Virus record (IMG/VR): IMGVR_UViG_3300010885_080481
DNA length: 64,000 bases
Direction: 5' to 3' (one strand)
From: a virus
Taxonomy: Duplodnaviria > Caudoviricetes
Part shown: piece by piece, positions 27,324-37,630 of the stretch
How the letters are laid out: every line of letters starts with the position of its first letter
Numbering within the stretch: position 1 is the first letter of the stretch
Program-made: the position numbers and the translations under genes
Notes under the pieces: model-generated
Seen by the model: the letters and a program-made list of their open reading frames with translations, nothing else
What the model was told of the DNA's origin: nothing
Databases searched by the model: none

Positions 27324-29909
27324 ATGACTTACACGTATAACGAGGCTTACGAGGCATCTTTAGCATATTTTAAAGGCGACGAGCTCGCAGCTTCTGTCTT
27401 TGTATCAAAGTATGCGCTACGTGATTCCGAAGGTAATATCTTGGAAAAAACTCCGACGGACATGCATTTACGTCTCACTCGAGAGTTTGCTAGGATTGAA
27501 TCCAAGTATCTTAATCCTTTATCAGACAAGGAAATTTTTTGCCTCCTTGCTGACGTGGATCATCTCGATGTCACAAAAAAGTCAACAATGACTTTGGAAC
27601 AGCTAGCTGCAGAATCCCGTGGCATGGGTGCAGTTGTTCCTCAAGGTTCTCCCATGTCAGCGATGGGTAATCCATATAAACTGCAATCCTTGTCCAATTG
27701 CTTCGTCATTGCCTCGCCGCAGGATTCATACGGTGGCATCCTCTTCACAGACCAGGAACAGGCACAGATCATGAAGCGCCGAGGCGGAGTTGGTTTCGAC
27801 GTTTCAACTATTCGTCCAAAAGGTCTTGCTACGGCCAATGCTGCGGGGACGACAGACGGCATTGGCGTCTTCATGGAAAGATTCTCTAATACTTGTCGTG
27901 AGGTTGCTCAAGGAGGTCGGCGCGGCGCACTGATGCTCACTATATCAGTGATGCATCCAGAGGTGGAAACTTTCATCAATATCAAACGAGATCTTAAGAA
28001 GGTCACAGGAGCAAACATCTCCATCCGCCTCACTGATGAGTTCATGAACGCCGTGAAGGATGATACGAACTTCACACTTCGATGGCCAGTCGAGTCTACG
28101 GTTGAAAACGCTAAGGTCACGAAGGTTGTTAAGGCTCGCGAACTATGGAATCAGGTCATTGACGCAGCTTGGACGTCAGCAGAACCAGGTCTTCTCTTCT
28201 GGGACACGGTCAAGAAGATGACTCCTACTGAGGCATATGCTTCAAAAGGTTACGCTAACGTTTCAACAAATCCATGTGCGGAACTCATCCTCAGTCCGTA
28301 CGATTCCTGCCGTCTTCTTTTGATCAATCTCACAAAATTTGTCAAGGATGCTTACCTTCCCACTGCTTCTTTTGATTTTGAGAAGTTCAAGAAGGTTTCA
28401 GCGAAGGCACAAAAGTTAATGGACGATCTCGTTGACCTTGAGATTGAGGCCGTTGACGCAATCTTAAGAAAGATTGAGGCTGATCCTGAGAGTGAAGAGG
28501 TCAAGCAACATGAGGTCAATCTCTGGCAAAAAATTAAAAAGGCGGCCTCAGGCGCCCGTCGCACAGGCTTAGGTATCACTGGTATTGGCGATGCTCTGGC
28601 TTCTGTTGGCGTGACTTATGGATCTGAGGATTCAGTCAACAAAACAGAAGATATCTATAAAACGTTAGCTCTTTCTGCTTACAGATCATCTGTCGATATG
28701 GCAAGAGATAGAGGTTCGTTCCCTGTTTACGAATGGGAACTAGAGAATCAAAGTCCATTTTTGAAACAAATGATGCAAGCCGATGAATCATTATTTGCAG
28801 ACTGGAAAAAGTATGGTCGTCGTAATATTGCGTTAACGACCACCGCACCTGCAGGTTCCGTATCATGCCTCACGCAGACAACAAGCGGTATTGAGCCTGC
28901 TTACCTCCTCTCTTATACACGCCGCAAGAAGATCAATCCTAATGATACTGCTTCACGAGTTGACTTTATAGATCAGCTAGGCGATAAGTGGCAAGAGTAT
29001 AAGGTCTATCACCACGGCTTCAAGAAGTGGATGGACGTCACTGGCAAAACTGATGAACAGATTACTGAGTCTGCTTATTGGAAGGCCACAAGCAATGATG
29101 TTGATTGGCCTATGTCAGTCAAACTTCAGGCTGCTGCGCAAAGATGGATCTGCCACGCTATCTCTAAGACGTGTAATCTTCCTAACGACGTAACCCATGA
29201 AGTTGTTGCCGAAGTATACATGAAGGCTTGGGAAGCAGGTTGCAAAGGTTTTACTGTCTATCGAGACGGTTGCAGAACAGGCGTCCTTGTCCAGGATACT
29301 CCTAAAGAAACCAAACAGGTAGATTCCGATAGCCAACCAGAAACATTAGTAGAAAACCACGCACCAAAGAGACCGAAGGAATTACCATGTGATATTCATA
29401 GAATTAATGTAAAAGGTTCTGAAGGTCAGGAATCATATTTGGTTTTGGTTGGCAGCCTTGATGGAAAGCCTTATGAGATCTTCTGCGGTCGCTCATCTCA
29501 TGTTGAGGTACCAAAGAAAGCAAAAACTGGAATTCTAATCAAGAATGGCAAGAAAGACGGCGTAGCCACTTACAATCTTCAAATACCCGTAGGCGATGAT
29601 GATCAACTTTTGTTTAAAGACATTGTTGAGCTCTTTGCTAATCCAAATCACGGTGCATTCACTCGTACCTTATCATTGGGATTACGCCACGGAGTACCTG
29701 TACAATACATTGTTGAACAGTTGCAAAAAGACAAATACAGCGATATGCAATCTTTCTCTAGAGTTCTTGCACGAGTTTTGAAGAGCTACATACCTGATGG
29801 CGTCAAGGCTACTTCTTCTGATAAGACCTGCACACAATGCTCGTCTGATGCTCTAGTGTATAAAGAAGGGTGCGTTACATGTTCATCCTGCGGATGGAGC
29901 AAATGTTGA
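27324..29909 (+). CDS. nrdJ: Class II (adenosylcobalamin-dependent) ribonucleotide reductase
   Basis: SNCFV, RRGGVG, GGRRGALM, NPCAE, GLGITG, TTAPAGS, TSGIEP and YRDGCR, with a C-terminal TSCPD-like domain and Zn ribbon. No beta subunit seen. Confidence 0.85.
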   Translation: MTYTYNEAYEASLAYFKGDELAASVFVSKYALRDSEGNILEKTPTDMHLRLTREFARIESKYLNPLSDKEIFCLLADVDHLDVTKKSTMTLEQLAAESRGMGAVVPQGSPMSAMGNPYKLQSLSNCFVIASPQDSYGGILFTDQEQAQIMKRRGGVGFDVSTIRPKGLATANAAGTTDGIGVFMERFSNTCREVAQGGRRGALMLTISVMHPEVETFINIKRDLKKVTGANISIRLTDEFMNAVKDDTNFTLRWPVESTVENAKVTKVVKARELWNQVIDAAWTSAEPGLLFWDTVKKMTPTEAYASKGYANVSTNPCAELILSPYDSCRLLLINLTKFVKDAYLPTASFDFEKFKKVSAKAQKLMDDLVDLEIEAVDAILRKIEADPESEEVKQHEVNLWQKIKKAASGARRTGLGITGIGDALASVGVTYGSEDSVNKTEDIYKTLALSAYRSSVDMARDRGSFPVYEWELENQSPFLKQMMQADESLFADWKKYGRRNIALTTTAPAGSVSCLTQTTSGIEPAYLLSYTRRKKINPNDTASRVDFIDQLGDKWQEYKVYHHGFKKWMDVTGKTDEQITESAYWKATSNDVDWPMSVKLQAAAQRWICHAISKTCNLPNDVTHEVVAEVYMKAWEAGCKGFTVYRDGCRTGVLVQDTPKETKQVDSDSQPETLVENHAPKRPKELPCDIHRINVKGSEGQESYLVLVGSLDGKPYEIFCGRSSHVEVPKKAKTGILIKNGKKDGVATYNLQIPVGDDDQLLFKDIVELFANPNHGAFTRTLSLGLRHGVPVQYIVEQLQKDKYSDMQSFSRVLARVLKSYIPDGVKATSSDKTCTQCSSDALVYKEGCVTCSSCGWSKC

Positions 29910-29918
29910 GGAACATCT

Positions 29919-30182
29919 ATGAAATTTAATCTTAAAGATATAAGGAAAATGGTCAAAGAAGAATATTCTAGGGCTATTCCTGAGTTTATTGTTAAACAAG
30001 CCGTAGAATCTTGTGTCGAAGACTTAAAACGTGTAATGGTCAACCACATTAATTCAAAATCTAACTCTCAGCAGAGCAGACAGAAGATGATAGTAAGAAT
30101 GAACCTGAACCTTGAAGAGTTGGAAAAGGAATTAAAGAATATTGTTGACGAGAAAATTTCAAAGTTTTTATCAGAGATTTAA
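29919..30182 (+). CDS. Hypothetical protein with leader MKFNLKDIRKMVKEE
   Basis: 87 aa with a GAGG SD; member of the shared-leader set. Confidence 0.65.
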   Translation: MKFNLKDIRKMVKEEYSRAIPEFIVKQAVESCVEDLKRVMVNHINSKSNSQQSRQKMIVRMNLNLEELEKELKNIVDEKISKFLSEI

Positions 30183-30183
30183 T

Positions 30184-30843
30184 ATGTCATCCAACGATAA
30201 CAAAGTAGAACTGATCGGATATTATGGGTCAGACGAATCTCATGCACTTTCTGCATGGACTTCAACATCTCGTGAGTTAAACGAAGAAAAGAAAAATAGA
30301 ATACCTCAACTTCTTAAGATGCTTGCCGAGAACGAACATCATTCTGTCTTTGAGAAATCAAGTTTACATTTTCTAGTCACGTCCGACGTAGCATCTCACG
30401 TCCATCTTCTCAAACATCGCATTGGCGTTTCTATAAATGCCGAATCAGCCAGATATAAAGAATTGAAAGATGACAAGTATCACGTTCCGGTTGATTGGGA
30501 TGGTGAAGAAGTGGCTGCTTACACCGAACATATGGAGTCTTCTCTACAAAAATACCATGAAACTCTTGAAAGGCTAGTGAAAAAAGGCATGCCCAGAAAG
30601 CGTGCCAAAGAGTCTGCTAGGTTGTACCTTCCTTATGGAAATCAAATTACTGCAGATGTGATGTTCAACTTCAGAAGCTTTTATCACTTTCTTTATCTTC
30701 GATATTCTGAGCATGCTCAATTAGAGATAAGAAACATAGCTAGACAGATGTTAGAGCTAGTTGTAGAAACTAAAGCATTCCCAGCAACTCTTGAGGCGTT
30801 TGGTCTCACAGTCAATGGCGAGATTAGAGGACCATTTACATGA
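30184..30843 (+). CDS. thyX: Flavin-dependent thymidylate synthase
   Basis: HHSVFE, KHRIGVSINAESARY (ThyX motif), ESARLYLP, NFRS, LR...HAQLEIR. Confidence 0.92.
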   Translation: MSSNDNKVELIGYYGSDESHALSAWTSTSRELNEEKKNRIPQLLKMLAENEHHSVFEKSSLHFLVTSDVASHVHLLKHRIGVSINAESARYKELKDDKYHVPVDWDGEEVAAYTEHMESSLQKYHETLERLVKKGMPRKRAKESARLYLPYGNQITADVMFNFRSFYHFLYLRYSEHAQLEIRNIARQMLELVVETKAFPATLEAFGLTVNGEIRGPFT

Positions 30844-31382
30844 GTAAAAATGCTAATTTACCATTTCATTTTTACGTAAATGTAAATAATGAGTTCTTAG
30901 GTCCACAAATGCCTCGAGGGTCGACTAAGGGTATATGGCACGCTGTTTATAGCAAAGAGTATCAAACTTTATTGTGCCACGTTTTCCTCGAATCGGGAGC
31001 TCACTGGAGTGGTCTTCCTCTCCATGCAATGTCGACTAAAGAAGATTGGTCATTGACAGGGGAACAATTGATGCCATGGACTTCCATGGGAGATCACATA
31101 GAAACATTTTATGCAAAGTATATGGAAGGACTTGAATGTGAAGTTTTCAATCCATTTACGATGAACGGAAGACACACAGGATTAATTGTAGATTGGGAAG
31201 ACGGATACTCTAGATATCCGTCTGAACATAAGCCTCTAAATTTGGTAGAATTGCGAAATGGGCAGTTTGCTTTGCTTCCAAATAATTTTTTGTTGTTTAA
31301 AGACAAACACTTTACTGAAAGTTTAGCAAAAGAAAATTTAAAATTTTATCGCCGTGGTGAAACAACATATTGGGAAAAGTGA
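30840..31382 (+). CDS. Hypothetical protein
   Basis: 180 aa, ATGA-coupled to thyX; no function assigned. Confidence 0.65.
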   Translation: MSKNANLPFHFYVNVNNEFLGPQMPRGSTKGIWHAVYSKEYQTLLCHVFLESGAHWSGLPLHAMSTKEDWSLTGEQLMPWTSMGDHIETFYAKYMEGLECEVFNPFTMNGRHTGLIVDWEDGYSRYPSEHKPLNLVELRNGQFALLPNNFLLFKDKHFTESLAKENLKFYRRGETTYWEK

Positions 31383-31963
31383 TGTCTAAAGTAATAGTGA
31401 TTGAAGGTCCTGATCGAGTTGGTAAAGCAACTCAAACAAATTTTCTTTCTAATTTTCTTTCCTGGAGAGGATATAACGTTTTGACAATCGAAGTTCCTAT
31501 TCGATCAAATTTCGTTTATCATATCATCTATTGGATGCTCCGGAACGGACTGGCAAAAAAACTTCCAAAATGTTTTCAGTGGTTACAATACTTCAATAGA
31601 CAACTATTCCAGTGGTTCACATTAAGAAGATTGGAAAAGAAGTATGATTATATCATTATGGATAGATGGAGTCTATCGACAGTGGTATACGGCCAAGCAA
31701 CGGGAGTGCCTTCATCATTCACTGAAAAATTGTATGCTAGATTGAGAAAACCAGAATTTACTTTTTTACTCTTGGGACCAGCTCACAAACATTCTGCCGA
31801 AGATGTATATGAATCCGACACGGCACTACAAGAAAATGTCAGAAGAATTTATTTAGAGTGGTCAAAAGAACATCTTCAAATGTGCAAGGTAATTGATTGT
31901 ACTCAGCCTAGAGAAGTTATTGCAGAAGAAATTAGAACCAAATTAAATGAATTAAATCTTTGA
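31382..31963 (+). CDS. tmk: Thymidylate kinase-like dNMP kinase 1
   Basis: VIVIEGPDRVGKATQ, IIMDRWSLSTVVY and KPE. Confidence 0.82.
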   Translation: MSKVIVIEGPDRVGKATQTNFLSNFLSWRGYNVLTIEVPIRSNFVYHIIYWMLRNGLAKKLPKCFQWLQYFNRQLFQWFTLRRLEKKYDYIIMDRWSLSTVVYGQATGVPSSFTEKLYARLRKPEFTFLLLGPAHKHSAEDVYESDTALQENVRRIYLEWSKEHLQMCKVIDCTQPREVIAEEIRTKLNELNL

Positions 31964-32017
31964 CAACAATGTACTTTTAAAAAAGACGATTTAAGTTCTT
32001 ACTGAAAGAGATAACAC

Positions 32018-32269
32018 ATGAGCTATAAAATTTCAGATTCAGTTGCTATGAGAATGATTCAGATATTTCAGGAGGCTCTTCTTCTAGGCTTAGATGGAGC
32101 TGATCTAATGAGACAAGTCAGGTTAGTCGTGGATTCTTCAGCCCCAGACGTATTGACACTTGATCCGCAATACGAATCTCAGGTTTCTGAAATGCACCAA
32201 AAATATCTTGATGAAGCTGAGAAGCTTGCGCAAGCTTCAAGCAGAGAGGTCTTGGTTTTTGAACGTTGA
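32018..32269 (+). CDS. Hypothetical protein
   Basis: 83 aa, ATG with a GAGA SD. Confidence 0.6.
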   Translation: MSYKISDSVAMRMIQIFQEALLLGLDGADLMRQVRLVVDSSAPDVLTLDPQYESQVSEMHQKYLDEAEKLAQASSREVLVFER

Positions 32270-32352
32270 CGTAGGATTTTGGATCTCTATAGCCATTGCA
32301 GTTGTTGTGATGGCTTTTAAATTTTTATCTGTTGATTCTGACGGAGAAGGAA

Positions 32353-32721
32353 ATGATTGATAGATTTTCTGAAATGTGGCAACAACAACGGAAATTCATG
32401 GATCTTTTGAAAGAAAAAAGAGAATTTCCAAGTTACCCAGTCGACACGAGCACAAAATCTGGACAAAAGATCTTAAAAAGTATTACTCACGAATGTATGC
32501 ACGAGTTGTTTGAGGCAAACTTACTTCTAAAAAACTCTAAAGATCATCGAATTGCTGATTTAAAAGAGTTTGATAGAGAAAGCTACGTAGAAGAGCTTTG
32601 CGATGCTCTTCACTACTTTTTTGAGATAGCAATCCTCAGTGGAATTTCTCCTGACGAATTTTTTGATGCTTACATCAAAAAAGGAAAAATCAATGTAGAA
32701 AGAGTAGAAAAAGGATACTGA
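32353..32721 (+). CDS. All-alpha NTP pyrophosphatase (dimeric dUTPase / dCTPase-like)
   Basis: ECMHELFEA and EELCDALHY acidic motifs, plus C-terminal KK..IN.ER..KGY. Confidence 0.75.
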   Translation: MIDRFSEMWQQQRKFMDLLKEKREFPSYPVDTSTKSGQKILKSITHECMHELFEANLLLKNSKDHRIADLKEFDRESYVEELCDALHYFFEIAILSGISPDEFFDAYIKKGKINVERVEKGY

Positions 32722-32813
32722 TTTTTTGCAATAGACCTTTTCATCTCAAGTGCAATGGTTATCATAACTTCAACAACGGCATGACATAAGCCGTTTCGAC
32801 AAGGAGAATAATC

Positions 32814-33158
32814 ATGTTGACTTGGTACTATGACACACCCCGCAGCTATCGCTTTGACTTATTTGATGTATTTGAAGATTTAGCAAAAAAACCGAAATCC
32901 TCGAAAGATCAAATTGATGAAACTGGCATTAAAATAGAAATGCCAGGAGTAACATCTTCCGACTTGGACGTGACAGTAGAAGGAAAGCTTCTAAAAGTCA
33001 AAGGAAAGTCTAGACACGGTAAAGAATATTCTTATGTTTATTCATTAAGTTCAGTTGTCGATGAATCTAAAATAACAGCCTCTTTGAAAGATGGTCTTTT
33101 GGAATTGTCCATACCAAAACGCCAAGCAGATTCTGCTAGAAAAATTCAAGTAGAATAG
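32814..33158 (+). CDS. Small heat shock protein (Hsp20)
   Basis: EMPGV..SDLDVTVEGKLLKVKG, I.ASLKDGLLELSIPK and RKIQVE. Confidence 0.9.
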   Translation: MLTWYYDTPRSYRFDLFDVFEDLAKKPKSSKDQIDETGIKIEMPGVTSSDLDVTVEGKLLKVKGKSRHGKEYSYVYSLSSVVDESKITASLKDGLLELSIPKRQADSARKIQVE

Positions 33159-33181
33159 TAAATACGCTTTTAGACTATCAC

Positions 33182-33212
33182 AAGCGAGGATAATTTATCC
33201 TCGCTTTTTTTT
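33182..33212 (+). terminator. Intrinsic terminator after hsp20
   Basis: AAGCGAGGATA-ATT-TATCCTCGCTT followed by a T run. Confidence 0.85.
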
Positions 33213-33262
33213 AGACAATTTGGTCTTTAACAGCTAATTACTAGTACTATCACGGGGAGATT

Positions 33263-33772
33263 ATGAAACTTACAAAGAATCAACTACAAAACATCATTAA
33301 AGAAGAATACCTAAGAATTACGCCCGTTAAGAGAGGCCAAGTAATGTCCGAGGCCCGTGCTAACTATTTGGCTGAACAGATTCTAGAAGAAGGCCTTTGG
33401 GATTCTATCAAGGCTGGCTGGTCAGCTTTTAAAGGAGCGTTATCAGGAGGCGGATCAAAATTAGGGGATGATGCCGCCAAATTATTAGGTCCAGTCATTC
33501 AACAAGTTCAATCTGTTGCTCAAGCCGCCGCAAAAGCATCAGCTGACGTGCAAAGCTTCATTGGTTCTATTAAAGATGAAGCTGTAAAGAAAGCAGTTGA
33601 AGAAGCGAGAAAATCTTTTGAAAATTCTTTAAAAGGATCCATCAGTTCTGCTCTTTCGGATGGCATTAAAAATCTTCAATCTGCAGGAATGTCAGAAGAA
33701 GAAGCAAAGACTCTTGCTTCAACAATCTTATCAGCAGAGTTAGCTAACCTTGCTGGTAAAGGTGGTAATTGA
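33263..33772 (+). CDS. Hypothetical virion-type protein with leader MKLTKNQLQNIIKEE
   Basis: 169 aa, Ala-rich and helical, with an internal ILEEGLWD. Confidence 0.7.
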   Translation: MKLTKNQLQNIIKEEYLRITPVKRGQVMSEARANYLAEQILEEGLWDSIKAGWSAFKGALSGGGSKLGDDAAKLLGPVIQQVQSVAQAAAKASADVQSFIGSIKDEAVKKAVEEARKSFENSLKGSISSALSDGIKNLQSAGMSEEEAKTLASTILSAELANLAGKGGN

Positions 33773-33809
33773 GAATATAAATTCTTAAGCGTGTTTGCGT
33801 TGATATGAG

Positions 33810-33834
33810 TGCCACTTAATTTTAAGTGGCATTT
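33810..33834 (+). terminator. Probable terminator
   Basis: TGCCACTTA-ATTT-TAAGTGGCA followed by TTT. Confidence 0.55.
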
Positions 33835-33867
33835 GTATTTTTTTGTTATTTGTTGTATTTTAGTTTC

Positions 33868-34293
33868 ATGTCGCCTGAAAAAGAAAAAATTCTTTGTGAA
33901 AAGTATCCAAAGATTTTTAAATCTAGTCAACACAATGATGAACCTATCGAGATGTGGGGGTTCGAATGTAATGATGGTTGGTTTGAATTGATTGATACTT
34001 TGTGTAACAAAATCCAATCTCATGTAGATTGGAGATCTAAAAATCTTCAAGACGCAAGTGAGCTTGAGGATTTGCAGGTCAAGGCTGAACAAGTGAAAGA
34101 GAAATTTGGAGGTCTTCGTTTCTATGTATCACGTGGAGATGATATCATTGATGCATTCATTTCTTTCGCAGAGACAATGTCTATGAAGATCTGCGAAACC
34201 TGCGGCCAACCAGGACAACAAAAAAATGTAAGTGGCTGGATACATACTGCCTGTGATCCATGCTTTGAGAAAAGAGCGTGGAGAACAACATGA
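33868..34293 (+). CDS. Conserved phage hypothetical protein (QVKEKFGGLRFY family)
   Basis: GFECNDGW, QVKEKFGGLRFY and CETCG...TAC..C. Start moved to 33868. Confidence 0.7.
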   Translation: MSPEKEKILCEKYPKIFKSSQHNDEPIEMWGFECNDGWFELIDTLCNKIQSHVDWRSKNLQDASELEDLQVKAEQVKEKFGGLRFYVSRGDDIIDAFISFAETMSMKICETCGQPGQQKNVSGWIHTACDPCFEKRAWRTT

Positions 34294-35060
34294 AGAAAGT
34301 TGAGTTTAAAGATGGACTTGCTATTAATGGCGATTCTTCTTCAAGAGATACACTTGAAGAAGTTAAAGCGTGGCTAGGCGAAGCAGGAGGTGTACCTCTA
34401 GTTGCAACCGATCCTCCTTACGGCAACATTGTTATGCAGGAATGGGATCGGGTAAAAATGACTGATGATCAATACGCCGACCATATGATCCAATGGACTC
34501 GATTGTGGTCGGAAGTTTTACTTCAAGGAGGAGCATTCTATGTCTGGGGAGGTATTGGACTTCCTAATTTCAGGCCTTTTATCAAGTACCTCACACGTGT
34601 TGAAGACGATAACTTTAAGATGGCCAATCTCATTACCTGGTCAAAGAAGCGGGCATATGGAGTCCAGAACAACTATCTCTTTACGCGTGAAGAACTCGCC
34701 TACTTCATCAAAGGAAATCCAAAGAAGCCCTTGAAGTTCAACATACCATTGCTTGAGACAAAGCGAGGTTATGCTGGATACAATGAAAAGTATCCAGCCA
34801 AGAGCGAATTCTATCGTCGGACCAACGTGTGGATGGACATCAACGAGATATTCAAGGGAAAGCTTCATCCCACTCAGAAAGCAGAAAGAGTTGTTGAGAT
34901 TCCGATTGAAGTCCATACAGATCCAGGCGATGTTGTAATTGATCCGTTTGCCGGCAGCGGTGCAACTGCTTTCGCCGCTAGGAAGTTAGGCAGGAAGTTT
35001 ATCGTTATTGAAAAAGATGAAGAGATCTTTGAAAAGATGATACAACGCCTTGTCGATTAA
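34290..35060 (+). CDS. Orphan amino-DNA methyltransferase (N6A/N4C, beta class)
   Basis: DPPY precedes HPTQK and the SAM motif DPFAGSG (beta order). Confidence 0.9.
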   Translation: MKKVEFKDGLAINGDSSSRDTLEEVKAWLGEAGGVPLVATDPPYGNIVMQEWDRVKMTDDQYADHMIQWTRLWSEVLLQGGAFYVWGGIGLPNFRPFIKYLTRVEDDNFKMANLITWSKKRAYGVQNNYLFTREELAYFIKGNPKKPLKFNIPLLETKRGYAGYNEKYPAKSEFYRRTNVWMDINEIFKGKLHPTQKAERVVEIPIEVHTDPGDVVIDPFAGSGATAFAARKLGRKFIVIEKDEEIFEKMIQRLVD

Positions 35061-35084
35061 AAATATTCTAAAAAAAGATAAACT

Positions 35085-35918
35085 ATGAAATTAGCATGGG
35101 CAACGGACATTCATTTAGACTGCGTAGGCGATGTACCAGAGAAGGTTTCGTTGCTTGCAAAATCTTCAAATAATTGTGAGTCTTTGATCATAACAGGGGA
35201 TATTACAATTGCCCCATTGTTGATACAACACCTACAACTTATAGAAAGTATCCTACAAAAACCTTTTTATTTCGTGCTTGGAAACCACGATTATTATTTT
35301 TCAGACATTATCTCGACACGTCAGAAGGTTGCCCAGGCATGTAATTCGTTGTCTTTTGCAAGATATCTTGCTACAGTTCCTTACATCAGAATAAAACGAG
35401 ATGTAGCTTTGGTAGGACATGATGGGTGGTATGATGCGTTGAATGGTAACTACAATAACAACGAAATTTTAATGAATGATTGGATCAGGATTTCTGACTT
35501 TTCAGTTGCAATGAGAACTGTCTCTAATTCTCAGGTCATCAATAAAGAAGTCATAGTTCGAATAGCAAGAGCCATTTGTCAAGCTTCGGTGAACCACGTT
35601 GCGAATGGGATCAAATCAGCGATTCGTGATAAAAATTCTTGCATAGTCGTAGCTACTCACGTTCCTCCATTCAAAGAATCTTACAACAGCGAAAAATACA
35701 ATAATATAAATTTCTCTTCAGTTTTACCTTGGTATACATCTAAAACTATGGGAGATATGTTAATGAAAGCTGCTAAGACGTATCCTCACGTAAAGTTCGT
35801 TGTTCTTTCTGGACATGCTCATAGTCATTACGATGAGGATCTTCTTAACAATTTAAACGTTCGAGTAGGAAAATCTGCATATGGATCGCCACAGATTGCG
35901 GGGTACGTCGATATTTAA
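35085..35918 (+). CDS. Calcineurin-like metallophosphoesterase
   Basis: TDIH, TGDI, GNHD, THVP and GHAH. Confidence 0.88.
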   Translation: MKLAWATDIHLDCVGDVPEKVSLLAKSSNNCESLIITGDITIAPLLIQHLQLIESILQKPFYFVLGNHDYYFSDIISTRQKVAQACNSLSFARYLATVPYIRIKRDVALVGHDGWYDALNGNYNNNEILMNDWIRISDFSVAMRTVSNSQVINKEVIVRIARAICQASVNHVANGIKSAIRDKNSCIVVATHVPPFKESYNSEKYNNINFSSVLPWYTSKTMGDMLMKAAKTYPHVKFVVLSGHAHSHYDEDLLNNLNVRVGKSAYGSPQIAGYVDI

Positions 35919-35937
35919 AATTCAGAGAGGTTCATAC

Positions 35938-36468
35938 ATGAAGAGAGCGCTTCTCTTGAATTTTAACGGTGAACCATTACAGTTCATAGACGGCCCACGA
36001 GCCATTAAACTGATGTTGAAAGGAAGAGCAGAGGTCGCTTCTGGTATGACAGGAGAACCTTGCTTTTGGGATGAAACAATTGCTACACCTTCATCCAAAT
36101 TTAGACTGCCAGCAGTTCTTCGATTGAAGTACTACGTCAACAAAAGGACGTATAAAAAGCCTGCTCGATTTCAAAAGAAAGTTTTATTCAACAGAGACGC
36201 GTGGAAATGTCAGTATTGTGGTGTCGAATTAAATTATTCTGCTATTACAGTTGATCACGTTTTTCCAGCTTCTCGTGGTGGCAAGACTACATGGAAAAAT
36301 TGCGTAGCTGCTTGTAAACTATGTAATAACAGCAAAGGTAATAAAACCCCTGAGGAAGCAGGTATGAGGTTATTAAAGCAGCCTCATGAACCGACCACGC
36401 TACATTACTGGGATCTAAATAAAACTTCTACGTGGTATGACGATTGGAATTTATTTGTAATAGCATAA
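35938..36468 (+). CDS. HNH endonuclease
   Basis: RD.WKCQYCG, TVDHVFPASRGG, W.NCVAAC..CN..KG. Confidence 0.88.
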   Translation: MKRALLLNFNGEPLQFIDGPRAIKLMLKGRAEVASGMTGEPCFWDETIATPSSKFRLPAVLRLKYYVNKRTYKKPARFQKKVLFNRDAWKCQYCGVELNYSAITVDHVFPASRGGKTTWKNCVAACKLCNNSKGNKTPEEAGMRLLKQPHEPTTLHYWDLNKTSTWYDDWNLFVIA

Positions 36469-36515
36469 TTTTTTGCTTCTCCCGTCGTTTCGCGTAGTAA
36501 TATAAGGATTACGTA

Positions 36516-36523
36516 ATAGTTAT
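36516..36523 (+). promoter_or_regulatory. Candidate late-promoter motif ATAGTTAT
   Basis: Intergenic, 18 nt upstream of a gene carrying the shared leader. Confidence 0.45.
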
Positions 36524-36541
36524 GACAGGAGCTTTGTATTC

Positions 36542-37630
36542 ATGCGTCTAAGAATAACAGACCTACAAAAAATTGTCGAGCAGACAATTCAAGAAAAGCA
36601 GGCAATTGATAGTTTTTGTGAGGAAATAAAGAAAGCGTTCGGCCCAACAGTTATTGTTTCCAACACGCTAGAGTCTCTTGTAGAGCAAGCAAATTATCGT
36701 TTGGATGTTCTAGAAAGAACAGGCCGAGAGTCTTACATACCTTTTTCTTCAAAGATTGCATTGTCGCTGTCTTCGCACAAAGATCCAGAAGTTAGACGTT
36801 TAGTTGTCAGGTTGCTTCCTGAACATGCTGCTGTCAGCTTCATTAAGGATAAAGACTCCAAGGTGCGCGCCGCGGCCGCAAAAAAGTCTCCTTTAAAGTT
36901 AGTAGAAAGCGTGGCAAAGATTCATAGGGACGATGATCTTTTGCAAGACGTACTATTTCAAAAGCGTCTTGTCGAAGAAAAGTCTGCCTTTACCCAAGCT
37001 CAGCAAGGACCTCAAGATGAAGATGAATTTTTGAGTGATTGGTGGTATGAAAAAACAGCTCGTCAATTGATTCAAGATTATGGCCGGACTTTAGATACAA
37101 CATGGGTACCAGCAGCAGTAAGTCAGGTTTGTTCCAATAGATCAGTCAATAGATACAACGTTGATCCTTATAAACTGATGAAAGTCGTTGTGAAGATCCT
37201 TGCAGATCGTGATTCAGAGAAATTTGACAGGTTGGAGAATGCTCAGGTAGTTATAAAAGAATCTGCAAATGCTTCGTTCATAGGTGAAAATGAAATGACA
37301 GATTTAGTATCTGAGCTGTTAGAATCTAAACTGTCTCAGAGTGAGTACTTACATCGAGCAGATGTCATATTCGGTATCAAGTATGCTTTGATTCCACCCG
37401 GCATAAAGAAGCATACTTTAGGTGAAGTTAAGACTGGCAATGTTGAAGTTCCAATCGTGGGTTCTTTACCGCATTTACTTTCCCCTCGTTTCGTAGATGA
37501 GAGAGCTTTGGATACTTACGTTAACTATTGGAATTCTCGTCAATCATTAAAAGGTGAACCCTACAAGTTGTCATGGACTTCTCACGTTAGTTCCCAAAAT
37601 AAAATTAATTTTCACCTGGAGTTGAAATAA
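36542..37630 (+). CDS. Hypothetical protein with leader and short HEAT-like repeats
   Basis: MRLRITDLQKIVEQTIQE, DPEVRRLVV and DSKVRAAAA. Confidence 0.65.
   Translation: MRLRITDLQKIVEQTIQEKQAIDSFCEEIKKAFGPTVIVSNTLESLVEQANYRLDVLERTGRESYIPFSSKIALSLSSHKDPEVRRLVVRLLPEHAAVSFIKDKDSKVRAAAAKKSPLKLVESVAKIHRDDDLLQDVLFQKRLVEEKSAFTQAQQGPQDEDEFLSDWWYEKTARQLIQDYGRTLDTTWVPAAVSQVCSNRSVNRYNVDPYKLMKVVVKILADRDSEKFDRLENAQVVIKESANASFIGENEMTDLVSELLESKLSQSEYLHRADVIFGIKYALIPPGIKKHTLGEVKTGNVEVPIVGSLPHLLSPRFVDERALDTYVNYWNSRQSLKGEPYKLSWTSHVSSQNKINFHLELK

Noticed and set aside
32726-32756. CIRCE-like inverted repeat before hsp20 (TTGCAATAG...CAAGTGCAA)
   Set aside because: The spacer is 12 nt rather than 9, and the left arm matches poorly.
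35938-36468. HNH as a mobile homing endonuclease or restriction partner of the MTase
   Set aside because: It is free-standing, interrupts no gene, and is separated from the MTase by another gene.
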